Positions 1 to 9,973 of a DNA stretch of 64,000 nucleotides are shown here, piece after piece; the first letter of the stretch is position 1; each line of letters opens with the position of its first letter. The notes beneath the pieces were generated by a model that saw nothing but the letters and a program-made list of their open reading frames with translations, ran no database searches and had not been told where the DNA came from. The translations under genes and the position numbers were made by a program. Origin of the DNA: an uncultured archaeon (GTDB lineage Archaea; Thermoproteota; Bathyarchaeia; Bathyarchaeales; Bathycorpusculaceae); the NCBI GenBank assembly GCA_963782915.1, contig CAWALK010000011.1, positions 32,001 through 96,000 of the forward strand, given 5' to 3'.

Positions 1-35
1 CCCCCTCCCCTATATATAGATCGGCAAATGCAGGC
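1..35 (+). repeat. Partial copy of dispersed intergenic repeat (CCCCCTCCCC-TATATATAG...AAATGCAGGC), cut by the window edge
   Basis: Matches the 3' half of the copies at 13721-13765 and 35461-35504; downstream AAATGCAGGC is shared with copy 13543-13602. Confidence 0.75.
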
Positions 36-421
36 TTGCCGATGGTTGTCTCTTTAGGAATGTGCAGAATTCAAGAGGAGTTATGTGCATACGTATTATA
101 GAGCAATTGTTTCTTGAGCGTTTGCGGCAATCATAATCGAGTTTATGGCGGAGTCTTTGGTAGTGAATATTGAAAACAGAGCTGCCGGGATTGCGTCAAC
201 TTGCTGTCTTCTCAAAGAGTTGAGGCTAACCTACTTAAGCCATTAATCCGTATGTTTATGCAATTAGTGGTAATAACCTATTCATAACATTGTGGCAATA
301 AACTATGAGCAGTGAAGAGCAAAAAAGCCACAACCAGACCCAAAGAAGCCAGCCAAGTAAAGCGGTAAAGGTGCAATAAAAATTTGATCCGTAATAAACA
401 ACTTCGAAAGGAGAATTAGCC

Positions 422-1506
422 ATGTCCATTTTCGCGTTCGATAACGAAACGTTAGATATGATTCGTTATATCTTGGCAATGCAACGCTTCAAAGAGTACT
501 CGATTGGGCCGCAACGGCTAAACGCATACCTCTGCGCATTATCCTTCGAAAGAGTCCTAATCCGCACAGCCCAAAAATTACCGAAATTCCAAAAAGAAAA
601 CCCCCAAGACCTGCGAATGTATGACATCATCCGGTTCTTAGCACAAAAAAACCTGGTTAGCCCCAAATTAGCCAATGAACTAAGCGAATACACCGCTTTC
701 CATGACTCATTAATGTATACATCTCAAATGACCCCAGAGAAGACGAATTCTAAAGCCCAAGAAATCCTGCAGTTCCTCTGCACAGAAGCAGGCATAAATC
801 GAGATGAAGAACTTAAAAAAAGAATATTCGAGGAAATCGCAACCCTCAAAACAGAACAATCCGAAAATGCAAAATATGAAATTGATGAATCGGATTTTGA
901 CAACCTCGACCAACTCTACGAGAAAACCTCCTTTATTCAGCGGGAAATAGAAAAAAAGTTGACGGTGCCATTGAAGAGGGCGCAAATATCGGGTTTCGCT
1001 CCTAACACCGGCGGAATATGGCTTCCTTATGTAACACATGAAACACCCGATAAAAGAGGACACATCGATAGAGCAAGTATCGGAGTATCCTTTACCCCCA
1101 CCGAGGTTAGAATAGGCTTGAATTTCGGCAGCCAAGCACACAAATACAGAATAAAATATTACGAATTGCTTTTGAACGGAGAATTAACGAATGAACTGGA
1201 ATCTCTCAATCGCAAAGCCACAGGATACTGCCTCTGTGACACCTTTTGGCATTACCACATAAGAAATACACAATCTCTTCAATGGCTCCTAACACTTTAT
1301 GGCACAACTAAGCTTGCTATCGAAAACGTTATTGAAGAAACCAAGCAACTTGAAGCAACGCCTCTAACGGCACATAGATACTTAGTCAGTAAGGTAATTA
1401 ACGAAGACCCGAAGATTTTACCTATGTTGTTAAGGGGCTTGTTGATGAGATAGCGAAGGATTTGAATGAGCTTTACCCGGTAATAGCATTGATTGACAAA
1501 ACGTAA
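422..1506 (+). CDS. Hypothetical protein; possible degenerate HEPN-like N-terminus plus nucleic-acid-binding domain; apparent frameshift near 1402
   Basis: 343-aa ORF after GGAG SD; an alternative frame continues RPEDFTYVVKGLVDEIAKDLNELYPVIALIDKT* to 1506. Confidence 0.6.
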
Positions 1507-1620
1507 CCGTATTTTGAATAGAAGTAAAACATCCAAAACAAGTCTACCCTCTCTATTGGGAAAACCATACCTAAAACTTTTTGAAGGGTCAAGTTGTTCA
1601 TTTATAAAGGATCAATCTTG

Positions 1621-1791
1621 ATGGATAAAGATAAAATTAAAGATGAACTTTGCACGTGTGGCCATTTGAAAAGTGAGCATTCGTATTTTTTAGATAGAGT
1701 ATGTAATAAACCTAAATGTGAATGTTACAAGTTTGTTTTGAAAAAGGAAGAACAAAAACCTGATTTTTCAAAACTCGTGTCCAAAAACTAA
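1621..1791 (+). CDS. Small Cys/His-rich putative zinc-binding protein
   Basis: CxCGHxxxxH...C...CxC pattern in ELCTCGHLKSEH...VCNKPKCECYKF. Confidence 0.6.
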   Translation: MDKDKIKDELCTCGHLKSEHSYFLDRVCNKPKCECYKFVLKKEEQKPDFSKLVSKN

Positions 1792-1895
1792 AAAAATCTA
1801 AATGATGATGCTAAGAGGTTCAATAAATGGTAAAAATCAATCTGTTGACCTATTTGACATTCAATTTGAACATGCTTGTTGACAAAGGAAAAAGT

Positions 1896-2186
1896 ATGAC
1901 GTTAACAGAGACCAGACAATTGTGTCAAGAAAAAACAATCCTTCATGAGTTGCAAGAGCGATTTCCTTTTGGGGAAACACGACTTGACTTATCTTTATTG
2001 AAACTGCAGCCTGATGACGAAGCAGAAATTGAAAACGTTTTATATAATATGGCTACGTCATTAAAAGACAGCGAAATGCTTGTGGGAAACAACGGTTTAT
2101 GTCTGTTAATTGCATACGCTCAGGAGCAGATTCAAAGAGAAGCAAGGAAATTCGAAGAGAAAAGCAGCGAAAAAACCATTACTTGA
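1896..2186 (+). CDS. Hypothetical protein
   Basis: ORF with AAGGA upstream of ATG 1896; protein-like composition. Confidence 0.55.
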   Translation: MTLTETRQLCQEKTILHELQERFPFGETRLDLSLLKLQPDDEAEIENVLYNMATSLKDSEMLVGNNGLCLLIAYAQEQIQREARKFEEKSSEKTIT

Positions 2187-2220
2187 CGCAATGACCTTTT
2201 CCCACGGCTAGGTGTACCCC
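2164..2220 (+). repeat. Gene-end repeat, copy 1 (overlaps stop of 1896..2186)
   Basis: Hand alignment to 3652-3707 gives about 47/58 identical columns, extending past both stop codons. Confidence 0.8.
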
Positions 2221-2232
2221 ACCCTTTATTTG

Positions 2233-2254
2233 TTTGGTCAAGAAACGTTGACCA
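2233..2254 (+). other. Palindromic site TGGTCAA-gaaacg-TTGACCA (7-6-7)
   Basis: Perfect 7-bp arms with 6-bp spacer; 18/21 inverted copy at 4577-4597. Confidence 0.6.
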
Positions 2255-2314
2255 CAGTTAGTCAAATATCTTTTACTGGAAGCTTTTTATCGCAAAGATT
2301 TCCTTTGTTTAAGT

Positions 2315-3682
2315 ATGAAACTTCTAAGCAATGATTGCTTTACATTATTTCTAATTTTTACAATCGTAAGTATTTCAGTAGTTGCTTTTATCCCTCTTGG
2401 GTTAGCTCAAAATGGCTCAAGCGTAGGTGGCATCATCAGTTCTGATTCCACTTGGACAAAAAGCGGCAGCCCTTACAGTTTTACGGCAAATGTTCTAGTG
2501 GAAAATGGAGTTACGTTAACCATAGATGCTGGTGTGGTTGTCAACCTCAATAGCTACTATATTTTGGTTAATGGCACATTGAGGGCAAGGGGCAGTCAAA
2601 ATAATCCTATATACTTCAACAACGGAATTAATAACTACCCAAATGCCGCTATCACGTTTGGGCAGGGAAGCGTAAACTGGAATCAACAGACAGGAATGGG
2701 CTCAATAATTGAAAATGCTGTTCTTAACTCAAGTAGCATTCAATGCCAACAAGGAGCATCGCCAAAAATAAACAATGACACGATATATGGTGAAATCGGA
2801 TATCTTAACGGCTCCCCCATAATATCTAACAGCACTATTTTTGGTTTGATAAGCGATATTTCGGTTCAGGCATCACCTATAATTGAAAACAACGTAATCA
2901 ATGGTTACATAAATGATGCAGGGGGAGGGTCATCCACAATTTCGGGCAACACCATTTTTGGCGGCATTGGCTCTGACCAATATAATCGTCCTCTTTACCA
3001 AAATTGGGCAATAGTGACAGGTGGTGGTATAGGTAATTCTAATGTAAATAACGCCTACATTGCTAACAATACAATATACGGCTTCTTTACTGATGCAGCT
3101 ATTTCTGTAGAGGCGGGTACTCCTAACATTATCGATAACTCAATTAGCAATACATTGGGTGGTGGAGCGTATAATTACGGTATTAATGTTGGCATTAAAG
3201 TTGGGAATGCAAATCCGATGATTAAAAACAACACGATAACTCAATGCGCTTATGGAATTACTACTTCTTCTACCCTCACGATCAGCTACAACAATATTTT
3301 CAATAATTCACTAAACATTAAACTAATGGCTGGTGGAAGTGGCAACGTTACGGCTGCATACAATTGGTGGGGAACAACTGATATACAAGCCATTAGCAAG
3401 TCAATTTATGATTTTAAGAACGACTTCAACTTGGGCAACGTTAACTTTCTTCCAATTCTAACTTCGCCTAACCTTGAAGCCCATTATTTTAGCCCTTCAA
3501 CCTCAAATCCTGCAAATCAACCTTCTTCAACGCCATCCACTATGCCAACTCAAACGCCTTCCATCACCACAACCCCAACCGTTCCAGAGTTATCTTGGTT
3601 AGTAATCATGCCTTTGTTAATTACCGTACTCTGTATTGCCCTGATATTTAGGCATCGAAAAACCAGTAACTTGAAGCAATGA
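2315..3682 (+). CDS. Secreted parallel beta-helix surface protein with PT linker and PEF-CTERM-like (VPEL-TM-basic) tail
   Basis: Signal peptide; TWTKSGSPY..LTI..G..V motif; N/I-rich repeats; NWWG motif; C-terminal TVPELSW, TM helix and RHRK. Confidence 0.85.
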   Translation: MKLLSNDCFTLFLIFTIVSISVVAFIPLGLAQNGSSVGGIISSDSTWTKSGSPYSFTANVLVENGVTLTIDAGVVVNLNSYYILVNGTLRARGSQNNPIYFNNGINNYPNAAITFGQGSVNWNQQTGMGSIIENAVLNSSSIQCQQGASPKINNDTIYGEIGYLNGSPIISNSTIFGLISDISVQASPIIENNVINGYINDAGGGSSTISGNTIFGGIGSDQYNRPLYQNWAIVTGGGIGNSNVNNAYIANNTIYGFFTDAAISVEAGTPNIIDNSISNTLGGGAYNYGINVGIKVGNANPMIKNNTITQCAYGITTSSTLTISYNNIFNNSLNIKLMAGGSGNVTAAYNWWGTTDIQAISKSIYDFKNDFNLGNVNFLPILTSPNLEAHYFSPSTSNPANQPSSTPSTMPTQTPSITTTPTVPELSWLVIMPLLITVLCIALIFRHRKTSNLKQ

Positions 3683-3707
3683 TCTTTTTCCATGACTATG
3701 TTACCCC
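3652..3707 (+). repeat. Gene-end repeat, copy 2 (encodes HRKTSNLKQ* and continues into the intergenic region)
   Basis: About 81% identity to 2164-2220. Confidence 0.8.
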
Positions 3708-3791
3708 TTGATTTTCTGCCCTGCTAAACAGCCCGCTAAAAAACAAGCCATGATAGTAAACTATTATTGAAAGTTTCGACCTTTGCTAATT

Positions 3792-4592
3792 ATGAGACTT
3801 TTAAGCAAAACATTCTGCCTTCTCTTCCTAGTTTTGTTAGCTGCCTCAAGCCTAACTATGATTAAACCAACTATTGCTCAGTCAACATCTAAGCCTTCTG
3901 TACCAGAATTCACCGTCAAATACGTTGACTATTCATACGATGTTCCAGCTACTTACGGAATAGACCAATACACAGGAAAAAATGTCACAAAAAGCGAGGG
4001 TTACCACGTAGACAATAGGTCTATTGAATTTACAATTAAGAACCAACAATTTACTCCGTATACTGATTCAAACGGTAACAACATCAAGCAGTATTATAAT
4101 TTCAGGTTTAAGGGGAATTACGGGGATGTTTGGACTTATTACCCTCTGGACTCTAACGGGCGGTCTGTCTTTCACTACGGGGGAATATTCGTTGAAGTGA
4201 CCCCAGTAGCATATGCCGCTTCGAACTCTACTTACACGGTATTATTACTTAGTTCAAGCCTTCTCGGACCAGGTTATGGTCAAAAGCTTCCCGACGGTGT
4301 TCAAGTTAATTTTCAAGTACAAGCATTAGTAGGGTATTTTGTAGTAAACGAATATGGCTATTTCATTCTAACGGGGGAATCAAGCGATTGGAGTAGTACA
4401 CAAATAGTTACCATAGGTGAAACGTCCACTTCCACGAATCCAACACAATCTCCAACTAATACTATATCACCAACCCCAACTCCCACCGTTCCAGAGTTAT
4501 CTTGGGTGGTAATCATACCATTGATGGTTTCTGTACTGTTTATTGCCATTACAGTTAGGCTTCGAAAAACAAGTCAAGTCAGCGTTTCTTGA
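3792..4592 (+). CDS. Secreted surface protein with PEF-CTERM-like tail
   Basis: Signal peptide, PSVPEFT motif, PT linker, TVPELSW-TM-RLRK. Confidence 0.85.
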   Translation: MRLLSKTFCLLFLVLLAASSLTMIKPTIAQSTSKPSVPEFTVKYVDYSYDVPATYGIDQYTGKNVTKSEGYHVDNRSIEFTIKNQQFTPYTDSNGNNIKQYYNFRFKGNYGDVWTYYPLDSNGRSVFHYGGIFVEVTPVAYAASNSTYTVLLLSSSLLGPGYGQKLPDGVQVNFQVQALVGYFVVNEYGYFILTGESSDWSSTQIVTIGETSTSTNPTQSPTNTISPTPTPTVPELSWVVIIPLMVSVLFIAITVRLRKTSQVSVS

Positions 4593-4597
4593 GCAAA
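4577..4597 (-). other. Inverted copy of the 2233-2254 site at the junction of two convergent genes
   Basis: Reverse complement TTTGCTCAAGAAACGCTGACT vs TTTGGTCAAGAAACGTTGACC. Confidence 0.5.
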
Positions 4598-5565
4598 AAC
4601 AGACCTACAACGCAGACAGCCACTGCTATCGCTATCGGCAGAAGAATCCATGTGGGTAAACCGTCTTGTTCGGTGGCTTGTATGGTTGTTGGGGGCGTGG
4701 TGGATGATGGCGGCGGGGTTGTTATGGCAGAGGGAGTTGCCGTTGCCGTAGTGAGTAGGGGGAATTGTTGATGTTTTCTGGGTCGGTGCGGGAGTTAAAT
4801 CGTTACCGGATGAAGTTTGCGGTGGAGATGTTGGGTTGGGGGTAAACCATGAATCGGCATCCGAAATATCCAATCGGACGTTATCAACGGCTATTTCCTG
4901 CTGGCCAACGCAGTTGCTCCACCAATCTTCCCCGAGCCCCGACATTAGACTAATCGGGTGATTCCTATCGGTAAACTGCTGCTGAGTCGCGCTGATCACA
5001 ACTTTATCATTAACAGCCAATGTTACTAGCCCAGCTGAATTATCAACGGTCAAAACAATATGGTACCAAGTATTGCTGGTTGCGGTGTTGAACCAGAGGT
5101 TTGGAAGACGTAGGTGTAAGTTAGGTTTCCGCCTATCCAAAGCGACCAAACACTTGAGCCATCGATTCCCACGCCGACATTACCATAGTTTCCCGCTAAG
5201 TCGGTTGAGTCGCAGATATAGAGGAAAAATATTGCGCCGTTTCCCTCTATGCAACCACTGGGAATTTTGGTGACGAGGATGTCTTGTGTTGCGATTATTG
5301 TGCTGTTGGGTGTGGAGGTGAAGCCTTCTTTTATGATGGCGGAGTAAGTGACGGTTCCTCCGGCTGGTGTTGGAACAACAAAATGGGCGGCCCCGTTGGT
5401 TACGGTTTGGCTGGAACCGGGGCTGAGGCTTGTTTTCCAGTTAGCAAAGTTGCCGCTTGAGAAATCATCCGAAAACACGGTTGGCGCACTCACTACACTT
5501 GCAACCACAAATATTGAGACGGAGATTAAGGCCACTGCAAGGAGCGCTAACAATTTCTTATTCAT
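4579..5565 (-). CDS. Secreted concanavalin/LamG-like surface protein with PT linker and C-terminal TM (frameshifted)
   Basis: ORFs 5050..5586 and 4574..5149 join (FSDDFSSG..., NTWYHIVLTV..., VDNVRL); a third frame gives the TM LPTWILLPIAIAVAVCVVGLFLLKKR*. Confidence 0.7.
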
Positions 5566-5676
5566 ACCTACACCCATAAAAAACAAGCGTTTCTGAACAT
5601 CAGAAGTAGAACTGTTAATACAATTACAGTTGCTTCAATAATTTAAACTGACTGCCAAGCAATCTGAAGAAAAAGG

Positions 5677-7124
5677 TTACTGTTTTTTAGCGAATTTTCT
5701 ATCAACTGAGACCAGAAGTATAATTACCCACATTATGCCTAAGCCGATCACTACCAGTTTGGCCAGGTTCATGATGTCGAATTGAGCGAAGGTTTCTTCC
5801 CATGTGGAGCTGCCTATCGATAGGGGAGAGCCGGGGATAACTTTCGGCGTGGGAACCGGTGTTGGCGCTTCGGTTGGTGGTGGTGTTGGGTCAGGGGTTG
5901 GTTGTGTTGGCGTGTTTGTGGGGGTAATGGTTGGAGTTAGTGTTGGTGTCGGATAAGGCGTGTAAGTTGGATAAGGAGTCGTTGATGGTGACGGAACGGG
6001 ACTTGGTGTTACAAAAGGCGTTGGGGTTGGGGCAGGGTCAACTGTTATGCTGTTAATGTCTGGTGCAAAGGGGTTTGGGTCTGAAAGATAGGGTATGAAG
6101 GTTACGTTGCCGCCTGATTGGGCTATTGTGATTGTTAAGTTGATTGATGATGGCGTCTGTGCTTCCCCACCAATTATTTGAGGCGGTAAAGTTTGTGCTT
6201 GGCAAAAGTCGAAAGTTCGCTGGGTTGCTAAAAAAGTTGTTATAAGTAATGTTTGCGGTGTAGTTGTGGTTATAACTGAAATTCCCACTACCGTGTTGCC
6301 GCCGATAGTGTTGTTTAGTTATTGTTCCGCCTCCTCTGATGCCATAGTATTTTTTGCGATTGTGTTATTTTGAATAATGGGGTTGGTTTGCGGCGGTTGT
6401 CATGATTCCATATGTGTTTAGGGTGATTAGGTTACCCGTGATGTCTGCGTTACTTGTACATAGATGCCTGTGCTGCAACCGGTGATGTTGTTGTTTATGA
6501 TTATGGCTGGGCTTGCAGCGTAGATGCCATAGTTACCGGAGGATTTGATGTAATTCTCGGAGATGGTTGGCGAGGTGAGCCAGCGCTTATGTAGATAGCG
6601 GTGTTCGAACAATCGAAAATGTTTCTGTAAACTGTCGATGAGCTATTACTAGAGATGAAGCGCCGTATAAGTTGCTGGCGGTGAATAAGCTGTTACTGAT
6701 TTTTGGGGAACAATTAGTTACAGATACACGGGTGGAGCTTAACACAGCATTATCAATGATGCATCCGCTGTTGGTGGTTTCGTTCCAATTTGGGCTCGAT
6801 TGGAAATAGACACTACTCGAAGTGTAAGAGGCTGAGGAGTAAAGAACAATTTTGTTATCGCTTGTGCCTTGGCAGTTAAGTGTGCCATACACATAAATGC
6901 TATAGGTGTATAGGTCGACGACTGTTCCGGGCTCAATCGTTAAGGTTATACCGGGGTTAATGCTTAGGTAACCGGTAAGTCTGTACGGACCCTCGTCTTT
7001 TGTCCAAGTGGTATTTTGGTTGATTAACCCAACATAGGTATATGCATCTACGTTGGAGACGCTCCAAAACATGGCACCCACTAATAGAATTAGAGCTAAC
7101 AGTGTCCATGCGATGCCGTCTCAT
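5677..7124 (-). CDS. Parallel beta-helix surface protein with PT-rich linker and C-terminal TM (multiple frameshifts)
   Basis: Fragments 6587..7081, 6427..6612 and 5677..6288; N-terminal motif TWTKDEGPY..LTIEPGTVV is paralogous to 2315..3682. Confidence 0.7.
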
Positions 7125-7292
7125 GTTTCCACTAAGCTAGGAGTGGATAGATGCAGATTTAAAACTATCCAGAAATCCCCCTCCTGACAAGAAAGGATTT
7201 TATTTAAAATTCTGTGTTTTAGCTGTTCCAGATTAGGAACAAGTCTTGTCAAGAAAACTGAACAAAAACAGTTTTAACCACAAAAAAGCCAA

Positions 7293-8540
7293 GTGCTAAT
7301 AGAGGAAAACCAGTTGCCCAAAACAACACCTATTCTTGCCCTACTGTGCTTTCTACTGATAGTAACAATAACTTACCCAGTCATGCAGACACCAACAACT
7401 GCCCAAGTAGCCACTGAAGAAACCGCCCAACATTTTTTCAAAGACAACTTCGACGACAACACATTCGACTCAACCCTCTGGGAGAAAGTACAGGTAAACG
7501 GTGGAGAAGTTAATGAAAAGAATGGACAACTGCAGGTTACAGGACCTGATAGCGATAAAACATGGGATGACTGGTATTGGAGTCAAGCGGGGTATGTTAC
7601 AGAATACAATTATAATGTAAACTCGTTGGGTTTTGAGGCTTCAGTTAACGTTGTTGAGTTAGATGAGGTTTCAGAACTGGAACTTCTGATAAGTGACCAA
7701 AAAATAACTGACCGAGACCCTGTTAACGCCTCAAACTGGTATTTGATAAACAAAATATTAGACACCAAGTACCCACACGAGAACTTAACGCGAGTTGTAA
7801 GCCGAATAGAAGGCAACGTTTCATGGAAAGTTGAGGAGCCATGGATATCACCAACAGGTGAACTGAAAATTAAGGTGTCAACTGGCGCTATATCATTCTA
7901 TGAAAATGGTGTACTGCGGTATTCTGAACCATATGCCCTTCCATCAAAGGAATGCTATATCTACATCTATACTAGCAAATGGGGACACTACGCAGGCACC
8001 GATTGCTTTGACAATTTTGCGGTGTCACCTGCCAAAGGTTTTAGAGATGACTTCTGCGATGGAAACACAAACGGATGGATTATCGACAACGGCACATGGA
8101 TACCAGGCAACTATCAACTATGCGCCCTAAACGAGACCTCTCACATCCATATCAATACCCCATTCTCAGTCAACAAACACGTAAGAACTGACATTCAAAC
8201 GCTGGAAAGCTATGGTTCCACCACCTCTGTTGCAAGATTAATGGTTAAGGAGCAAGACGGAGATAACTTGATGTATGCCTTGATTGCCACCGATGGCACA
8301 GTGCAATTAGGCGTCGTGTATTGTGGAGTTGAAACAGTTTATCAGGCGCCATCTAATTTGAGCGCTTTTGAGAAGCATTCGTTGGCAGTGAGCAGTGTCG
8401 GCGATAACGTGAAAGTTTGGGTGGATGGGCAACAGTACATTGACCAAACAAACCCATATGTGGCATATCTTGCGGGTTACACTGGCTTGTACTGTGTAGA
8501 TTCAAGGGCATCGTTTGGATATGTTGCAGTTCTTAGTTAG
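7293..8540 (+). CDS. Secreted protein with two concanavalin-like beta-sandwich domains
   Basis: N-terminal hydrophobic helix; repeated FxD(N/D)FxD motifs; VWVDG motif. Confidence 0.7.
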   Translation: MLIEENQLPKTTPILALLCFLLIVTITYPVMQTPTTAQVATEETAQHFFKDNFDDNTFDSTLWEKVQVNGGEVNEKNGQLQVTGPDSDKTWDDWYWSQAGYVTEYNYNVNSLGFEASVNVVELDEVSELELLISDQKITDRDPVNASNWYLINKILDTKYPHENLTRVVSRIEGNVSWKVEEPWISPTGELKIKVSTGAISFYENGVLRYSEPYALPSKECYIYIYTSKWGHYAGTDCFDNFAVSPAKGFRDDFCDGNTNGWIIDNGTWIPGNYQLCALNETSHIHINTPFSVNKHVRTDIQTLESYGSTTSVARLMVKEQDGDNLMYALIATDGTVQLGVVYCGVETVYQAPSNLSAFEKHSLAVSSVGDNVKVWVDGQQYIDQTNPYVAYLAGYTGLYCVDSRASFGYVAVLS

Positions 8541-9973
8541 AATTGCCTGATTTTTCGGTCAAGAAGATGCCCGTCTGCATCGATTAGCTGTATTTCCAGA
8601 GGCATCTGTCCCACCGCATGGGTTGCACAGCTCAGGCAAGGATCAAACGCTCGGATAACCGCTTCAACCCGATTAAGCATACCCTCCTGTAGCTGCTTAG
8701 CTTTAACATATTTCTTGGCTACCTGCGTCACCGCCAAGTTATAGGCTATGTTGCTGTGCTCCGTTGCGATTATCATATTATTCCAGGTTATCATGCCTTG
8801 CTCATCGACCTTGTAGTGATGGATAAGGGTGCCTCTGGGTGCTTCTGCGACGCCGACGCCTTCAAAGTTGTTAAGCAGAACTTTGGAGGTGACATGTTCA
8901 GACTGGATGTCTGGGTCGTCGAGGAGTTTTTTAGCGGTTTCTATGCAGTAGAGTACCTCGATTAGGCGTGCGGTGTGATAATGGAAGGTGCTCTCAACGA
9001 CGCCGTTTTTGCCCAGTTTCTTAAACCACGCTAACTCTTCATCCGCCAATGGGGTGCCGCAGTGGTTTGCAACATTTAACCTCGGAAGCGGACCCACTCG
9101 GTAAGCGCCGTTTGGGTAGCCGACTGTTTTGAAGTAGGGAAACTTCATGTAAGACCATGGCTCGACGGCTTCACCGATGAAATCACCGTATTTGGTTGGG
9201 TCGACGCATTCGGCGGCGACTTTGCCCGTTGGATCCATGATGCGGATTGTCCCGTCATAGTGGTCTAAGTCGCCGTTTGGGGTTACGAGGCCCATGTAGT
9301 AAGTGGGGAAGTTACCGAAGTGTTCCACCTCTTCCTGTAAACCGTCGAGCATTTGCTTCCACATATCCAGCGTCTTCTGAGTAGAATCCAATGCTTCCGG
9401 CAGGAAACCGCGGAGGTAGTCGGCTCTTTCCTGTGTCAGGGGCCACTTGGCTCCGCCGGGCTGTACCCATTCACTGGAGTGGATTTTTTTGCCGGCGACT
9501 TTTTCGATGATTTCTTGACCAAACTTGCGCAGCCTGATACCTCGCATGGCAAGTTCAGGTTCTTTTTCGATTAAGCCGAAGATGTTACGATTTGCAGGGT
9601 CAGAATCAAAGCCCAACAGTAAGTCTGGTGAGGATAAATGGAAAAAGTTCAGTGCATGCGATTGAATGATTTGCCCCATATGCATGAGGCGGCGTAGCAT
9701 AACTGCGGTTTTGGGTGGGTTGACTCCGACGATTTGGTCGCAAGCTTTAGCGCTGGCAAGTAAGTGGCTCACGGGGCAGATGCCGCATGCTCGGCTGGTA
9801 ATCGAGGGCATCTCATAGAATGGTCTGCCTTCGGTAAACTTTTCGAAGCCTCGGAAATCGGTGACTTTGAAGAGTGCCTGCTTCACGGAGTCATCGTCGT
9901 TGAGTAGGATGGTTACTTGGGCGTGTCCTTCGATGCGTGTAATAGGGTTAATTGATATTTTTTTCTCAGCCAT
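8537..9973 (-). CDS. hoxH: [NiFe] hydrogenase large subunit, group 3d
   Basis: TRIEGH, L1 RACGICPVSH, EAPRGTLIH, L2 DPCLSCATH followed by a cleavable C-terminal extension. Confidence 0.95.
   Translation of the reverse strand: MAEKKISINPITRIEGHAQVTILLNDDDSVKQALFKVTDFRGFEKFTEGRPFYEMPSITSRACGICPVSHLLASAKACDQIVGVNPPKTAVMLRRLMHMGQIIQSHALNFFHLSSPDLLLGFDSDPANRNIFGLIEKEPELAMRGIRLRKFGQEIIEKVAGKKIHSSEWVQPGGAKWPLTQERADYLRGFLPEALDSTQKTLDMWKQMLDGLQEEVEHFGNFPTYYMGLVTPNGDLDHYDGTIRIMDPTGKVAAECVDPTKYGDFIGEAVEPWSYMKFPYFKTVGYPNGAYRVGPLPRLNVANHCGTPLADEELAWFKKLGKNGVVESTFHYHTARLIEVLYCIETAKKLLDDPDIQSEHVTSKVLLNNFEGVGVAEAPRGTLIHHYKVDEQGMITWNNMIIATEHSNIAYNLAVTQVAKKYVKAKQLQEGMLNRVEAVIRAFDPCLSCATHAVGQMPLEIQLIDADGHLLDRKIRQF

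Noticed and set aside
5860-6040. Short tandem-like repeats
   Set aside because: Explained by Pro/Thr-rich linker coding
8620-8650. Possible selenocysteine in the hydrogenase L2 motif
   Set aside because: The motif reads DPCLSC with ordinary Cys codons
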